Source: a virus
Taxonomy: Duplodnaviria > Heunggongvirae > Uroviricota > Caudoviricetes
Length of the DNA: 22,778 nt
IMG/VR virus record: IMGVR_UViG_3300032665_000003
Strand: one strand, 5' to 3'
The notes beneath the pieces were generated by a model. It ran no database searches. It was given only the letters and a program-made list of their open reading frames with translations, and was not told the DNA's origin. The position numbers were made by a program, and so were the translations under genes. This document shows, one piece after another, positions 22,280 to 22,778 of the stretch. The first letter of the stretch is position 1, and every line of letters begins with the position of its first letter.

Positions 22280-22778
22280 TTAGGTGTCATCATTTCGTGT
22301 ATCATGTTCTTCGATCATAGTATATAATTCGTCAAGAGTCAACTCGCTTTTTGACCCTTTACTTGAGTTTACCCTTGCTTCAAGTATGCGAAGATTGGCA
22401 GGGTGATTAACTATATGCTCCGGTAAGTTGTTCTTCCATGCGTCTAATACACTAAACCGATGATCAACATGATAAGTCTGTTTTCCCAAAACATGCCCAT
22501 TTTCAGTAGCCCATTTTTGGGCCCGAGCCCGGACAAGCCGGGCGTAGTGGCGATAATCTACCGCTCGTTCCGGATCGTATGTTCCAAACTTTTTGCGTCT
22601 AGTATTAGACACCTTTTCATAATTTTCATTATTGTGTAAACGTTTTCGTAGTGACCTTGCAGTTTCTTCTTTTCTAGCTACTGCTTCCGGTCTTTGCCAG
22701 TGTTCTTTAATTCTTTCGGAATGTTTCTCTAAATAACCCGGACAGTGTTGTGATATTTTAGAGCAGGAATAAGTTCCT
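22280..22778 (-). CDS. HNH endonuclease (free-standing homing-type), 5'-truncated by the window edge
   Basis: HVDHRFS...HPANLRILEARVNSSKG motif. The frame is open from 22280 to the window end (...YSCSKISQHCPGY...), so the GTG at 22612 is probably not the true start. Confidence 0.75.
   Translation of the reverse strand, partial: GTYSCSKISQHCPGYLEKHSERIKEHWQRPEAVARKEETARSLRKRLHNNENYEKVSNTRRKKFGTYDPERAVDYRHYARLVRARAQKWATENGHVLGKQTYHVDHRFSVLDAWKNNLPEHIVNHPANLRILEARVNSSKGSKSELTLDELYTMIEEHDTRNDDT

Noticed and set aside
1-22778. Genome-wide stop-codon reassignment (TAG or TGA), as in some jumbo phages
   Set aside because: Recognisable genes are full length under code 11, and TAA, TGA and TAG all end genes at plausible positions.

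Overview
This 22.8 kb window comes from a large, T4-superfamily-like myovirus (jumbo-phage-like) genome. It has no rRNA, tRNA, CRISPR or integrase. Early/replication blocks on the minus strand alternate with late/virion blocks. The early blocks encode two MazG-like hydrolases, a 23-aa repeat protein, a PD-(D/E)XK exonuclease, primase, helicase, peptide deformylase and an HNH nuclease. The late blocks encode gp13-, gp14- and gp15-like neck and tail-completion proteins, a NUDIX hydrolase, a holin-like protein, tail fibre and virion proteins, and an eight-gene cluster of unknown function. Regulatory signals are unusually easy to read: 11 T4-type late promoters (TAAATA core, with an A five nt downstream in 9 of 11), four sigma70-type promoters, and five genes that appear leaderless. 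Three late promoters lie in or overlap hairpins covering or abutting the next gene's initiation region. The most interesting candidate system is the late cluster at 11895-17181. Several of its proteins have N-termini resembling T4 capsid-targeting/propeptide sequences, and one carries the ordered motifs of an ATP-dependent ligase-type nucleotidyltransferase. My inference is a set of head-packaged, injected proteins that includes an enzyme. All family assignments come from motif recognition, not database searches.
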